From assembly GCA_018814025.1 (NCBI GenBank), contig JAHJAM010000023.1:1896-65895 (forward strand): a stretch of DNA of 64,000 nucleotides. The letters are read 5' to 3'. Shown here one piece after another: positions 55,525 to 64,000 of this stretch. The notes below the pieces were generated by a model, which did no database searches, had not been told where the DNA came from, and was given only the letters and a program-made list of their open reading frames with translations. The stretch comes from Patescibacteria group bacterium. Lineage in GTDB: Bacteria; Patescibacteriota; Patescibacteriia; UBA9934; GWF2-40-263. Position 1 is the first letter of the stretch. Each line of letters opens with the position of its first letter. The position numbers were made by a program, and so were the translations under genes.

Positions 55525-55584
55525 TTGACTTAACTTTTCTCTCTGGATAACCTAACCCCAGGTCTTTTACTGAAAGGGACAAAC

Positions 55585-56052
55585 ATGAACCATAAGCCGC
55601 CGATTTTTATCGGAGCTGATCACGCTGGTTGGGAATTGAAGCAAGCCATCAAAAAATATTTTTTCGACTCAGGGTATGATGTCACGGATTTTGGCAATCT
55701 TGATCTTGATCCCAATGATGATTATCCGGACTTTGCTCTGGCCGTGGCTCAAAACGTCGCCGCGGTTGAAAACGCTCGCGGTTTTCTCTTCTGCGGCAGC
55801 GCTCAGGGCATGGTCATGTGCGCCAACAAGGTCAAAGGTATTCGTGCCGCCTTGGGTTGGAGCATCAATGCCGCCCGAAGTTCCCGCCGGCACAACGATG
55901 CCAACATCCTTTGTCTGCCGGCCCGCGATCTGGCCTTGAGCCTGGCCAGGCAGATCGTGGACCTGTGGCTGTTCACTCCCAAGAGTTCGGAAGAACGCCA
56001 TGCTCGCCGGGTGCAAAAAATCGCCGAGTACGAAGCTCAACAGACCAATTAG
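55585..56052 (+). CDS. rpiB: ribose-5-phosphate isomerase B (RpiB/LacAB family)
   Basis: IFIGADHAGWELKQ ... LFCGSAQGMVMCANK motifs; 155 aa. Confidence 0.8.
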   Translation: MNHKPPIFIGADHAGWELKQAIKKYFFDSGYDVTDFGNLDLDPNDDYPDFALAVAQNVAAVENARGFLFCGSAQGMVMCANKVKGIRAALGWSINAARSSRRHNDANILCLPARDLALSLARQIVDLWLFTPKSSEERHARRVQKIAEYEAQQTN

Positions 56053-56127
56053 GTCGCTCAAACCGACGCCTCTGCGCGTCGGTTTTTTAGTGGACTAAGG
56101 CCCCAAAAGCCCGTAAGATACCACTAT

Positions 56128-58773
56128 ATGGCTAATCGCAAAGAAACCTTTTTAATCCTCGATGGCAACGCGCTTCTGCACCGCGCCTGGCACGCTCTTC
56201 CCCCGTTAACCACCAAAGATGGCACCGTGGTTCATGCCGCCTACGGTTTTGCCATGGTGCTTGAGAAAATGCTCGAGCAGTATCAACCCACTTACATGGC
56301 GGTTGCTTGGGACACCAAAGAACCCACTTTTCGTCATGAGAAATTTAAGGCCTACAAAGCCCAGCGCGAGGAAAAAGCCCAGGAGCTTTATGATCAAATT
56401 CCCATCATCCAAAATATTCTGAGCGTCTTTAATATCCCGTCTCTGGCCGCGCCCGGTTTTGAAGCTGATGATATTATTGCCACTTTGGCTGATCAAGCTT
56501 CTCAAAAAGAAATTCATACTTTCATCGTCACCGGCGATTTGGACGCGCTTCAGCTGGTTGATCCCACCAACACCGTGGTCTTTTTTCAAAAAGGCATTTC
56601 CGAAACCAAACATTATGATGAACAGGCCGTGTTTGATCGTTACGGTTTTACTCCCAAACAGTTGGTTGATTATAAAGCCTTGCGCGGCGACCCGTCCGAC
56701 AACATTCCGGGCGTGCCTGGCATTGGGGAAAAAACCGCTGTCCTTCTAGTTCAAGAGCATCATGACATTGCTGGGATCATTCAGGCCCTGAAAGACGGTC
56801 TGATTCCGGAAAAATTCGCCAAAAAACTCAAAGGCCAGGAACAGGTTATGCAAGATTCTCTTGATCTGGTCAAAATGGTCCATGATGTGCCCATCTCTTT
56901 TAAATTTTCCCATTCCAAAGTCAGACAACCGGATCTGAACAAACTTCTCAGCCTTTATCGCGATTTGGAATTTCGTTCTCTATTGCGCAAGCACGCTCAA
57001 GAGATCCCGCCGCCGCCCGCGCCCAAGAAACCGATTTTCAAAAAATCTCCGTTAACCGTGGTCCGCCACCTCAATCAGTTTCAAACCGATCTTCATCAGC
57101 TTGCCAATGATGCTTTAGGTATTATGTTGCTCGAACAGGCTCAAGATCTCTTTGGTGCCACTCTATCCGGCTTAATTATTTCTGATGGCTCTCGGACCAT
57201 CATCTTTCCCAACCCAAATCAAGCCGCCCTTGATTTAACCGAGCAAAAATTGACTCAAGCCTCTTCGGTCATCGTCCACGATCTCAAAAAACTTGCACAT
57301 CTGACTGGCTGGCCCGCGGCTGATCGGTATTTTGATCTCATGCTCGCTTCCTATCTTTTACATTCCGGTTCTCGTTCCCACGATCTCGCCTCCATCGTCA
57401 ACGAACACCTGCAATTGAAGATTGCCGAAATTCCCGAGCATTGCGCTTCAGACAAAGAACATGCAAGCCTGGCCGCTCTGGTCAGTGCTTATCCCAAATT
57501 AGCGAAAATCATGTCAGACGAATTGGCCTCAACCAACATGACTAAGGTATTTAAAGAGATTGAAATGCCCCTGATCCCAGTTTTATTTGAACTTGAACAA
57601 AATGGTATCAAACTTGATGTCAAAGCCTTGGCGGTATTTTCCAAAGAATTGAAAAAAGAACTTGATCGCTTGACCAAAGCCATTCATGAACAGGCCGGTG
57701 AAGAATTAAATATCAATTCTCCTTCTCAACTCGCGACCATTCTATTTGAGAAACTAAATCTGCCCACCAAAGGCATTAAAAAAACGCAAAAAGGCTTTTC
57801 CACGGCCGCGCCCGAGCTGGAAAAGCTCACGGCCGCGCACCCGATCGTGCCGCTTATCTCTGAATACCGCGAACTTGCCAAACTCCAATCAACTTATGTC
57901 GAAGCCCTGCCCGAGTTGGTCGGTCAGGACGGCCGCTTGCACACCACCTTCAACCAAACCGTGACCGCCACCGGTCGTTTATCATCCTCCAATCCCAATT
58001 TGCAGAACATCCCGATTAAAACCGAACTGGGCAACAAAATCCGCCAAGCTTTCATCGCGGACAAGGGTCAGAAATTAATCGCGGCCGATTATTCGCAAAT
58101 CGAATTGCGCCTGGTTGCGCATTTAGCCAAAGATAAGTCTTTCATCAACGCTTTTAATGAAGGTGCCGACATTCACATCCGGACCGCGGCCGAGATTGCC
58201 GGCATCGCTGAGGACCAAGTCACCAAAGAAATGCGCCGCGCCGCCAAAGCCATCAACTTTGGGGTGATCTACGGCATGGGCGCGCATGCTTTGGCTCGAT
58301 CCACCGGCCAATCATTCCGCGAGGCCCAAGACTTCATTGATCGCTACTTTATTCTGCACAAATCGGTTCGAGAGTATCTAGACGGCACCAAAGCTTTTGC
58401 CCACGCCGAAGGTTACGTGGAAACTCTTTTCGGCCGCCGCCGTTATCTGCCCGAACTTGAGAGCGGCCTGCCCATGCTGGTTGCCTCAGGCGAGCGTATG
58501 GCCATCAACATGCCGGTTCAGGGCACGGCCGCGGATTTAATGAAAATGGCCATGATTGAAGTGCATGGCTGGTTGAAGCAAAGCGGCTGGCCCGCCAAAA
58601 TGTTATTGCAGGTACATGACGAAATCGTGATCGAAGTCGCTAGCGATGCCGTGGACAAAGTCGCCAAAGGTATTAAGGAAATCATGGAAAACATCGCCCA
58701 ATTATCCGTCCCGCTGGTTGTCGATGTGGAAGTCGGAACCAACTGGGGAGAGATGGAAGCCTGGAAAAAATAA
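56128..58773 (+). CDS. polA: DNA polymerase I
   Basis: 5'-nuclease domain (ILDGNALLHRAWHA), central exonuclease-like region, family A polymerase motifs (DYSQIELR, KAINFGVIYG, QVHDE). Confidence 0.9.
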   Translation: MANRKETFLILDGNALLHRAWHALPPLTTKDGTVVHAAYGFAMVLEKMLEQYQPTYMAVAWDTKEPTFRHEKFKAYKAQREEKAQELYDQIPIIQNILSVFNIPSLAAPGFEADDIIATLADQASQKEIHTFIVTGDLDALQLVDPTNTVVFFQKGISETKHYDEQAVFDRYGFTPKQLVDYKALRGDPSDNIPGVPGIGEKTAVLLVQEHHDIAGIIQALKDGLIPEKFAKKLKGQEQVMQDSLDLVKMVHDVPISFKFSHSKVRQPDLNKLLSLYRDLEFRSLLRKHAQEIPPPPAPKKPIFKKSPLTVVRHLNQFQTDLHQLANDALGIMLLEQAQDLFGATLSGLIISDGSRTIIFPNPNQAALDLTEQKLTQASSVIVHDLKKLAHLTGWPAADRYFDLMLASYLLHSGSRSHDLASIVNEHLQLKIAEIPEHCASDKEHASLAALVSAYPKLAKIMSDELASTNMTKVFKEIEMPLIPVLFELEQNGIKLDVKALAVFSKELKKELDRLTKAIHEQAGEELNINSPSQLATILFEKLNLPTKGIKKTQKGFSTAAPELEKLTAAHPIVPLISEYRELAKLQSTYVEALPELVGQDGRLHTTFNQTVTATGRLSSSNPNLQNIPIKTELGNKIRQAFIADKGQKLIAADYSQIELRLVAHLAKDKSFINAFNEGADIHIRTAAEIAGIAEDQVTKEMRRAAKAINFGVIYGMGAHALARSTGQSFREAQDFIDRYFILHKSVREYLDGTKAFAHAEGYVETLFGRRRYLPELESGLPMLVASGERMAINMPVQGTAADLMKMAMIEVHGWLKQSGWPAKMLLQVHDEIVIEVASDAVDKVAKGIKEIMENIAQLSVPLVVDVEVGTNWGEMEAWKK

Positions 58774-58782
58774 TTGAGAATT

Positions 58783-58815
58783 AAAAACCCCGAGCGCGTC
58801 TCGCTCGGGGTTTTG
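58783..58815. terminator. bidirectional terminator (polA / methyltransferase)
   Basis: AAAAACCCCGAGCGCGTCTCGCTCGGGGTTTTGA. Confidence 0.6.
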
Positions 58816-58817
58816 AG

Positions 58818-59390
58818 TTACGGTTTCATCAAGATCAGTTCTCGGATGAGGTGGGTATGAGGCAAAGGTTCTATGTCGAACCGTTGGAAATCATCGGTCT
58901 GGACGACCCGAAACAAACGAGTCCAATCTGCGATCGTTGCTTCCGGCAGTTCGTAGTCGATCTGACCAGCGTGGTCAGTGATTCGCCGATTGAAATGAAC
59001 CAAGAAATGCCCGCCCGGCTTCAGGACGCGAAATATCTCCGCGATCGCCACCGCTGCTTTTAAGTAATGAATCACGTTGACCATATAGGCCGCGGCCACG
59101 GTTTCGGAAGGAAATCGCAGCTCATGGGCGTCCATCAAACGGATTGTCACATCGGGATTGTGCAAGCTGGCCAGCGCAATTTCATCGAGATCGTTATCCA
59201 AGCCCACAATTCGCAAGCCGTTTTTCTTGAACACTGCCACGTCCCGACCGCTGCCGCAGCCGACATCAAGCACTGTTCCTACCAGGCCGAATTTCTTAAG
59301 GAAACCGGCAAAGCGAACCGCGTACTTGTCCGGGTGGTTATCCCAGTGTCGACCCTCAACATACTTTTCAAAGAGCGCTTGGTTTTCCAT
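58818..59390 (-). CDS. class I SAM-dependent methyltransferase
   Basis: VLDVGCGSGRD (motif I) ... LKPGGHFLV; start placed at MENQALFEKY. Confidence 0.7.
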   Translation of the reverse strand: MENQALFEKYVEGRHWDNHPDKYAVRFAGFLKKFGLVGTVLDVGCGSGRDVAVFKKNGLRIVGLDNDLDEIALASLHNPDVTIRLMDAHELRFPSETVAAAYMVNVIHYLKAAVAIAEIFRVLKPGGHFLVHFNRRITDHAGQIDYELPEATIADWTRLFRVVQTDDFQRFDIEPLPHTHLIRELILMKP

Positions 59391-59474
59391 GTTTTCCTCC
59401 TGGGAAGAAGCTGAAAATATATAAGTTGCCGGCAATTTTGTCAATCATCAGAAATCAGGTAAGATGCCACCACT

Positions 59475-60449
59475 ATGCTTATCTTTATTTTCGGCGAAGA
59501 TTCTTTCCAAGTACAAGAAAAGGTCAAGGAAATGAAGGACGCTTTTGCCAAAAAGTTTGACCCCACTGGTTTGAATACTCAAATTTTCCCGCCCGAAGGC
59601 TCGGACAAGCTTGAGACCGGTGAAATCCTGCAGGCCGCCTGTTCCTACCCTTTTATGAGTGAGCGGCGCTTAGTCGTGATTCGTGATTTGATCGCTCGCG
59701 TTAAGAAAGATGAGGAAGCTGTCTGGATCCAAGGCCTTTCTCGCATCCCGGATTCTTCAATTGTCATTTTTTGGGAAACCATGGATCCCAAAGCCCTTGA
59801 AAAAAAGTCCTTGTTTAAAGAATTAAAAAAATTTTCTCAAGTTTATTTTTATCCATTCCCGGAATTACAAGGTTCTGAACTGCAAAAGTGGGCCGCGGCC
59901 CGAATTTCGTCTCGGGCCGGTCGGATCGATTCCCCTGCTTTGCGTACGCTAGTTGAACGCGTCGGATCAGATCTGTGGCAGCTGGCGAGCGAGATCGAGA
60001 AACTCGTCGCTCTGGCCGACGGCCAGCTCATCAATCAGCAAATGATTGAGGATAATGTCAGCGCGTCCTTCGAGGGCGAGATCTTCGCGCTCATCGACGC
60101 GGTCGCTAACAAAAAAGGCGTTGATGCGCTTCGTCGTTTGCAGCGCGAACGTTGGGCTGGTACCAATGATTTTTATTTGATTAGTATGCTCGCCCGCCAA
60201 GTCCGCATTCTCCTGGCCGCGCGCTCGATGCTGGATGAGAATCCTCGCGCTCTTAAACAAGATCTGGCCGATGCCATGGCTCTTCATCCGTTTGTGGCCC
60301 AAAAAGCCCTGCAACAGGCGCGCGCCTTCTCCTTTACCGATCTCAAACACACTCACGACCTGCTTTTCGAATTTGATTGGAAAATGAAATCCGGCCTTAT
60401 CAGTGCAGATTTGGCCGTGGATTTAATAACAACTGATTTACTGAAATAA
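59475..60449 (+). CDS. holA: DNA polymerase III delta subunit
   Basis: MLIFIFGEDSFQVQEKVKEM... N-terminus and a three-domain, 324-aa layout typical of HolA. Confidence 0.6.
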   Translation: MLIFIFGEDSFQVQEKVKEMKDAFAKKFDPTGLNTQIFPPEGSDKLETGEILQAACSYPFMSERRLVVIRDLIARVKKDEEAVWIQGLSRIPDSSIVIFWETMDPKALEKKSLFKELKKFSQVYFYPFPELQGSELQKWAAARISSRAGRIDSPALRTLVERVGSDLWQLASEIEKLVALADGQLINQQMIEDNVSASFEGEIFALIDAVANKKGVDALRRLQRERWAGTNDFYLISMLARQVRILLAARSMLDENPRALKQDLADAMALHPFVAQKALQQARAFSFTDLKHTHDLLFEFDWKMKSGLISADLAVDLITTDLLK

Positions 60450-60488
60450 AAAAGCCCCGACCATTTCTGGTCGGGGCAGTGCGTTTTC

Positions 60489-60779
60489 TCAACCCATTAT
60501 CTCAAACCGGATCACTTCCACTTGATCTTGTCCGCCTTCGGATTTAACTTTCTCTATCTCAACATCAGAAACCCCAAGATTCACCAATTGATCCAAATCC
60601 ACCATCTGTACATCCTTGATCAGAACATTCACATCCCAATCTTCCCCATCATAAGACTCGGCTCGATAAGTTTCACCAACCCGATACTTCCCCATCTCCT
60701 CGCCCACCCGAATCGTCATGTTTTTAAATCGGTCTAACAATGCTTGTTTATAATCTGCTGGAAATAAAATATTTTTCAT
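60489..60779 (-). CDS. hypothetical small acidic protein (possibly ASCH/PUA-like)
   Basis: 96 aa; terminator at 60447-60477 downstream; no confident family. Confidence 0.35.
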   Translation of the reverse strand: MKNILFPADYKQALLDRFKNMTIRVGEEMGKYRVGETYRAESYDGEDWDVNVLIKDVQMVDLDQLVNLGVSDVEIEKVKSEGGQDQVEVIRFEIMG

Positions 60780-60821
60780 ACAATTTCATTATATCAAAAA
60801 CGGCCCCGCAGGGCCGTTTTC

Positions 60822-61088
60822 TTATTTTCCTAAAGCATTGAGCTTTTTCATCATGCGAGACTTGTAGCGAGCCGCCGTGTTCTTTTTGAGAACGCCTTTG
60901 GCCAAAGCCTTATCAAATTTCTTTCCCAGCAACTTGGCCACTTCCGCAGCCTCGCTTTTCTTATTGGTGTCGATCAGTTTTCGAAATTTGACCCGCAATG
61001 ATTTTAGCTCTGCTTTGACTAGCATGTTGCGCCGGGCACGCTTGACGTCCTGTCGCAAAGACTTTTTTGCACTGGCTAGATTTGGCAT
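60822..61088 (-). CDS. rpsT: 30S ribosomal protein S20
   Basis: MPNLASAKKSLRQDVKRARRN...AARYKSRMMKKLNAL. Confidence 0.85.
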   Translation of the reverse strand: MPNLASAKKSLRQDVKRARRNMLVKAELKSLRVKFRKLIDTNKKSEAAEVAKLLGKKFDKALAKGVLKKNTAARYKSRMMKKLNALGK

Positions 61089-61152
61089 ATTTCTTATCTT
61101 TGAGCGTGATAATTAATAGCGTGGGCTCAGTATAGCTTATCTATCCGACTTG

Positions 61153-62268
61153 TCAATCGTTGCTACCGGGCGCCTCGATTTCCAACGGGTCCAATTCTTT
61201 TAATGTTGTGCCCTCGGTAATTCGATATATATCCTTATCGATTTTTTTCAATTCTTTTGATGAATCAGAATATGCTCGAAAAGTTGTTTCAATATGTTTA
61301 CCTAATTTATTATGGTGCTCCTCATAAGCCTTCATGTGGCGCATGAGCTGTTCGGCGTGCTTTTGAATATCTTTGACCGATTCTTCGATTTGTAGGGCTT
61401 TCAAGCCCAAAATAACCGTTTGCAGATAAGCAAAGAAAGAAGTCGGAGATACGATCATCACTCTCTTTTCAAAAGCGTATTCAATCAAGTTACGAGTATT
61501 AACCGGAACTGCTCCGACCGAAGAAGTTATTAAATTATGATAAACACCTTCGGCCGGTACAAACATAAATGCAAAATTCGTCGTTCCCTTTTCCGGTCGG
61601 ATATATTTGCTCGTCTCATCTATTCGTTTCTTCACGTCTGATTTGAATCCTTTCTCCAGTTCCGCCCGAAGGTTCGGTTCCTGTTCTTGCGAAATCTTAT
61701 TATAGTTCTCTAAGGAAAATTTTGCGTCAATCGGTATCAACATTTCTTTGACGAAGATTACTGCATCAGGAATTAGCTTCTGTCCCGTGTTCTCATCAAT
61801 CCCAAGATCATATTGCATTCGATATTGCGTAGGTTGTAAAACCTGGCCCAAAAGAGTTTCCAGCCAGAATTCTCCCAATATCCCCCGCTGCTTTGGATTC
61901 TTCAGAATGTTTTCTAAACTTTGTAGTTGCTCGGAAAATCCAAGAACCTGCTTATTGGTTTCATCTAGTTTGGTTAATTTTTCGGTCACGTCTTTCACGA
62001 TGGTCGAGGTGTGCTCAAATTGCTTCTGCATGGTTTTTGATGACTCTCCCATGTTGCGCATCAATTGATTGTTCATGTTATCGATGCGTTCTTGTATCTC
62101 GCTTCGATCCCGGTTGGTGGCTTGCATCAATTCCTTGCGAAAGTCATTCATTAAAGACACAACACCGCTCGATTCGGTCATCCCGGAAGATCGGCGCGAT
62201 ATTAAAAGGAACACGATAATGATACTTATGAGGATTAGAATACCTAACAGGATTGTTGTAAGTTCCAT
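61153..62268 (-). CDS. rmuC: DNA recombination protein RmuC
   Basis: N-terminal TM helix, coiled coil, conserved IPDAVIFVKEMLIPIDAKF core. Confidence 0.7.
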   Translation of the reverse strand: MELTTILLGILILISIIIVFLLISRRSSGMTESSGVVSLMNDFRKELMQATNRDRSEIQERIDNMNNQLMRNMGESSKTMQKQFEHTSTIVKDVTEKLTKLDETNKQVLGFSEQLQSLENILKNPKQRGILGEFWLETLLGQVLQPTQYRMQYDLGIDENTGQKLIPDAVIFVKEMLIPIDAKFSLENYNKISQEQEPNLRAELEKGFKSDVKKRIDETSKYIRPEKGTTNFAFMFVPAEGVYHNLITSSVGAVPVNTRNLIEYAFEKRVMIVSPTSFFAYLQTVILGLKALQIEESVKDIQKHAEQLMRHMKAYEEHHNKLGKHIETTFRAYSDSSKELKKIDKDIYRITEGTTLKELDPLEIEAPGSND

Positions 62269-62369
62269 AATCTAATGTTTACTGGTGAATTGCATTAGAG
62301 TATCATATCGCTCATAGTCAGTATAGGAAATTAGAGTCCATTAACATTTTACGACACATAAGATTAAGA

Positions 62370-62444
62370 GCCCCTGTAGCTCAACGGATAGAGCGGATCC
62401 GTCCTAAGGATAGGATGGGGGTTCAATTCCCTCCGGGGGCACCA
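62370..62444 (+). tRNA. tRNA-Arg (anticodon CCT)
   Basis: Acceptor GCCCCTG/CGGGGGC; anticodon loop GTCCTAA; T-loop TTCAATT; CCA encoded; same G27-A43 and G32 features as tRNA-Arg(TCT); followed by CGAGCTGAGCTCG. Confidence 0.7.
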
Positions 62445-62760
62445 CCGAGCTGAGCTCGTTTGATGTTCACTTCCGATGGAGTCTTTTTTATTCATATCAG
62501 AACTAATTCAAGATTTGGATTGATGTACATTTAGTTTATTACTCCAAAGCATTAATTAGATATACTGTGATGTCTGACATATCCAAAGTCTGATTAAGAA
62601 TTGTATACAAAACCAAAGATTCTATCGTATCAATATTCAAAAATCCTTAATCAATATCTCGGGGGGATCGAATACAAGTGAGGTATACCAAAATCGAGTT
62701 CCATGTGAAACAAATCAAAATTTTCTTAAGTCGTATACGTTATCAAAATACCAAAGTTAT

Positions 62761-62836
62761 GGGCCTGTAGCTCAGTTGGTAGAGCGCTGCATTCGCATTG
62801 CAGAGGTCAGGAGTTCGACTCTCCTCAGGTCCACCA
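62761..62836 (+). tRNA. tRNA-Ala (anticodon CGC)
   Basis: G3-U70 pair; anticodon stem CTGCA/TGCAG with loop TTCGCAT; T-loop TTCGACT; CCA encoded. Confidence 0.8.
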
Positions 62837-62837
62837 G

Positions 62838-62868
62838 TAAAAACACCAGCTTAGCTGGTGTTTTTACT
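62838..62868 (+). terminator. intrinsic terminator after tRNA-Ala (contains a CCAGCTTAGCTGG core)
   Basis: AAAAACACCAGCTTAGCTGGTGTTTTT. Confidence 0.6.
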
Positions 62869-63318
62869 TATCAGCAAAATCTGAACCGTTGATGGGAAAA
62901 GAAAATATCTAAACCGTAACAATATGTATATATTGAGAAACAATAACGAATGAGTGAATACATCCGCAAACAAAATATAGTTTTGTATTCGCAACCAAAT
63001 CATCGATTACTCAACTCAGCAACTTATCAGTAACCGACATATTGGTCGCAATTCAATCAGCCGATCCTCATAAATGATTTGAAAAAAGGGAATCGAGGTG
63101 CAAATTGAATATATAATAGAACAATATAGATTGTCTAAACTAGTCTAGACAAACAAATTTTTTGGGGATAAGTCAGAGTTTTTTTCAATTTTATAGCATT
63201 TTATGTCAAATTTGAGACTTATCCACACCAGTATATCTACATTTTTTAGCTAATCTTAGCATAAAAACAACTTGACGACAATTCTTATTCATGGTATTTT
63301 GCGTGCAGGTCGAATTCT

Positions 63319-64000
63319 ATGCGTTTTTCAATTTTCACGATCATCTTTGTGGGGATCTTGACCAGTGCCTTCGTCGCACACGGTCAGATGTCTTCTACAA
63401 ATTTTGAAATCCAATGGGATTCTGTGGGAATTGGCGGAGCCGATACGAGTAGCTCTACCAACTATGAACTTCGCGATACTGGCGGCAATTCATCAATAGG
63501 AAATTCCTCAAGCACTTCCTATCAAGTTGCCTCCGGATATCGAGCCGGCATTTTCGATCAGATCATTACATTTGATGTATTCGCTCAAAACAATGCTTCA
63601 GAGCGAGCAGCTACTGGTCTGTCCGGCACCACAGTCACCACTTCAACTGCCGGATTATCGATCGGCGACCTGGTAGTTGTTGTCCAAGACAAAGGCGCAA
63701 CCCAAGTTTCAGGAATTGGCCGCATCGCTTCAATCGGTGCTGGAACCATCATCCTGGATGAGCTTAAAGACAGCGGCACAACTCCAGTGTTCGACGGTTC
63801 CAATGATTATGTCTACCGGTTGTCCGGCACCTCTGCCAATCTGGGTGACATTGTCACCTCAGCCATTAGCACTTCTGTCATCGGTTTTGATGTATCCGCG
63901 GATTTGGATGGGGGATACGTGATTCAGGTTTATGAAGATGGCAATCTGCGCGATGGAGCCAATGATATAAATGATGTAGCTGACACGGCCGTCTCTACCG
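63319..64000 (+). CDS. secreted Ser/Thr/Gly-rich surface protein (5' part; runs off the window end)
   Basis: ATG at 63319 with signal peptide MRFSIFTIIFVGILTSAFVAHG; frame 1 stays open to position 64000; not in the supplied ORF track because no stop lies within the window. Confidence 0.5.
   Translation, partial: MRFSIFTIIFVGILTSAFVAHGQMSSTNFEIQWDSVGIGGADTSSSTNYELRDTGGNSSIGNSSSTSYQVASGYRAGIFDQIITFDVFAQNNASERAATGLSGTTVTTSTAGLSIGDLVVVVQDKGATQVSGIGRIASIGAGTIILDELKDSGTTPVFDGSNDYVYRLSGTSANLGDIVTSAISTSVIGFDVSADLDGGYVIQVYEDGNLRDGANDINDVADTAVST

Noticed and set aside
54617-55582. 321-aa minus-strand ORF, plus several others (54216-54422 -, 54244-54654 +, 54849-55052 +), overlapping the GC3-extreme orphan gene
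   Set aside because: Typical stop-codon-poor shadow frames of GC-rich DNA. They lack SD sequences, have Arg/Gly/Ala-rich nonsense composition and fully overlap a gene with coherent codon bias.

Overview
This window reads as a stretch of a small-genome bacterial chromosome of about 50% G+C, running through the replication-origin neighbourhood (dnaN-dnaA on the minus strand, rpmH-rnpA-yidD on the plus strand). Several traits resemble Candidate Phyla Radiation / Patescibacteria-type genomes: a tandem array of five small T4SS-pilin-like (TrbC/VirB2-like) genes, many GC-clamp intrinsic terminators (AAAACACCCCG...CGGGGTGTTTT), minimal metabolism and abundant secreted or membrane-anchored proteins. 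Recognisable housekeeping genes are dnaA, dnaN, polA, holA, pnp, tig, rpsO, rpsT, rpmH, rnpA, yidD, rnhB, uppS, lspA, galU, rpiB, rmuC, xerC/D-like, PBP1A and the H+-PPase. An iron/Fe-S operon (VIT transporter, NifS, NifU/IscU, ferredoxin, FAD oxidoreductase) and envelope genes (Wzx-like flippase, O-antigen-ligase-like protein, SpoIID, LysM-M23, 3D-domain and GerMN proteins) are also present. Six tRNAs are present (Ser-CGA, Cys-GCA, Arg-TCT, His-GTG, Arg-CCT, Ala-CGC). I found no rRNA, no CRISPR array and no clear transposon. The features that stand out are (i) a compositionally foreign three-gene lipoprotein/polytopic-membrane module at 12.6-16.9 kb, with consensus TTGACA-N17-TATATT promoters and palindrome-dense leaders; (ii) a stand-alone gene of extreme GC3 (54.3-55.4 kb) with an Asn/Arg-rich N-terminus, its own consensus promoter, a leader attenuator-like hairpin and a terminator; (iii) a divergent pair of small unknown genes whose two promoters sit in the arms of a perfect 45-bp palindrome; (iv) two perfect DnaA boxes in an AT-rich 600-bp noncoding stretch 13 kb from dnaA; and (v) a recurring AGCT-core hairpin motif immediately following several tRNA genes.
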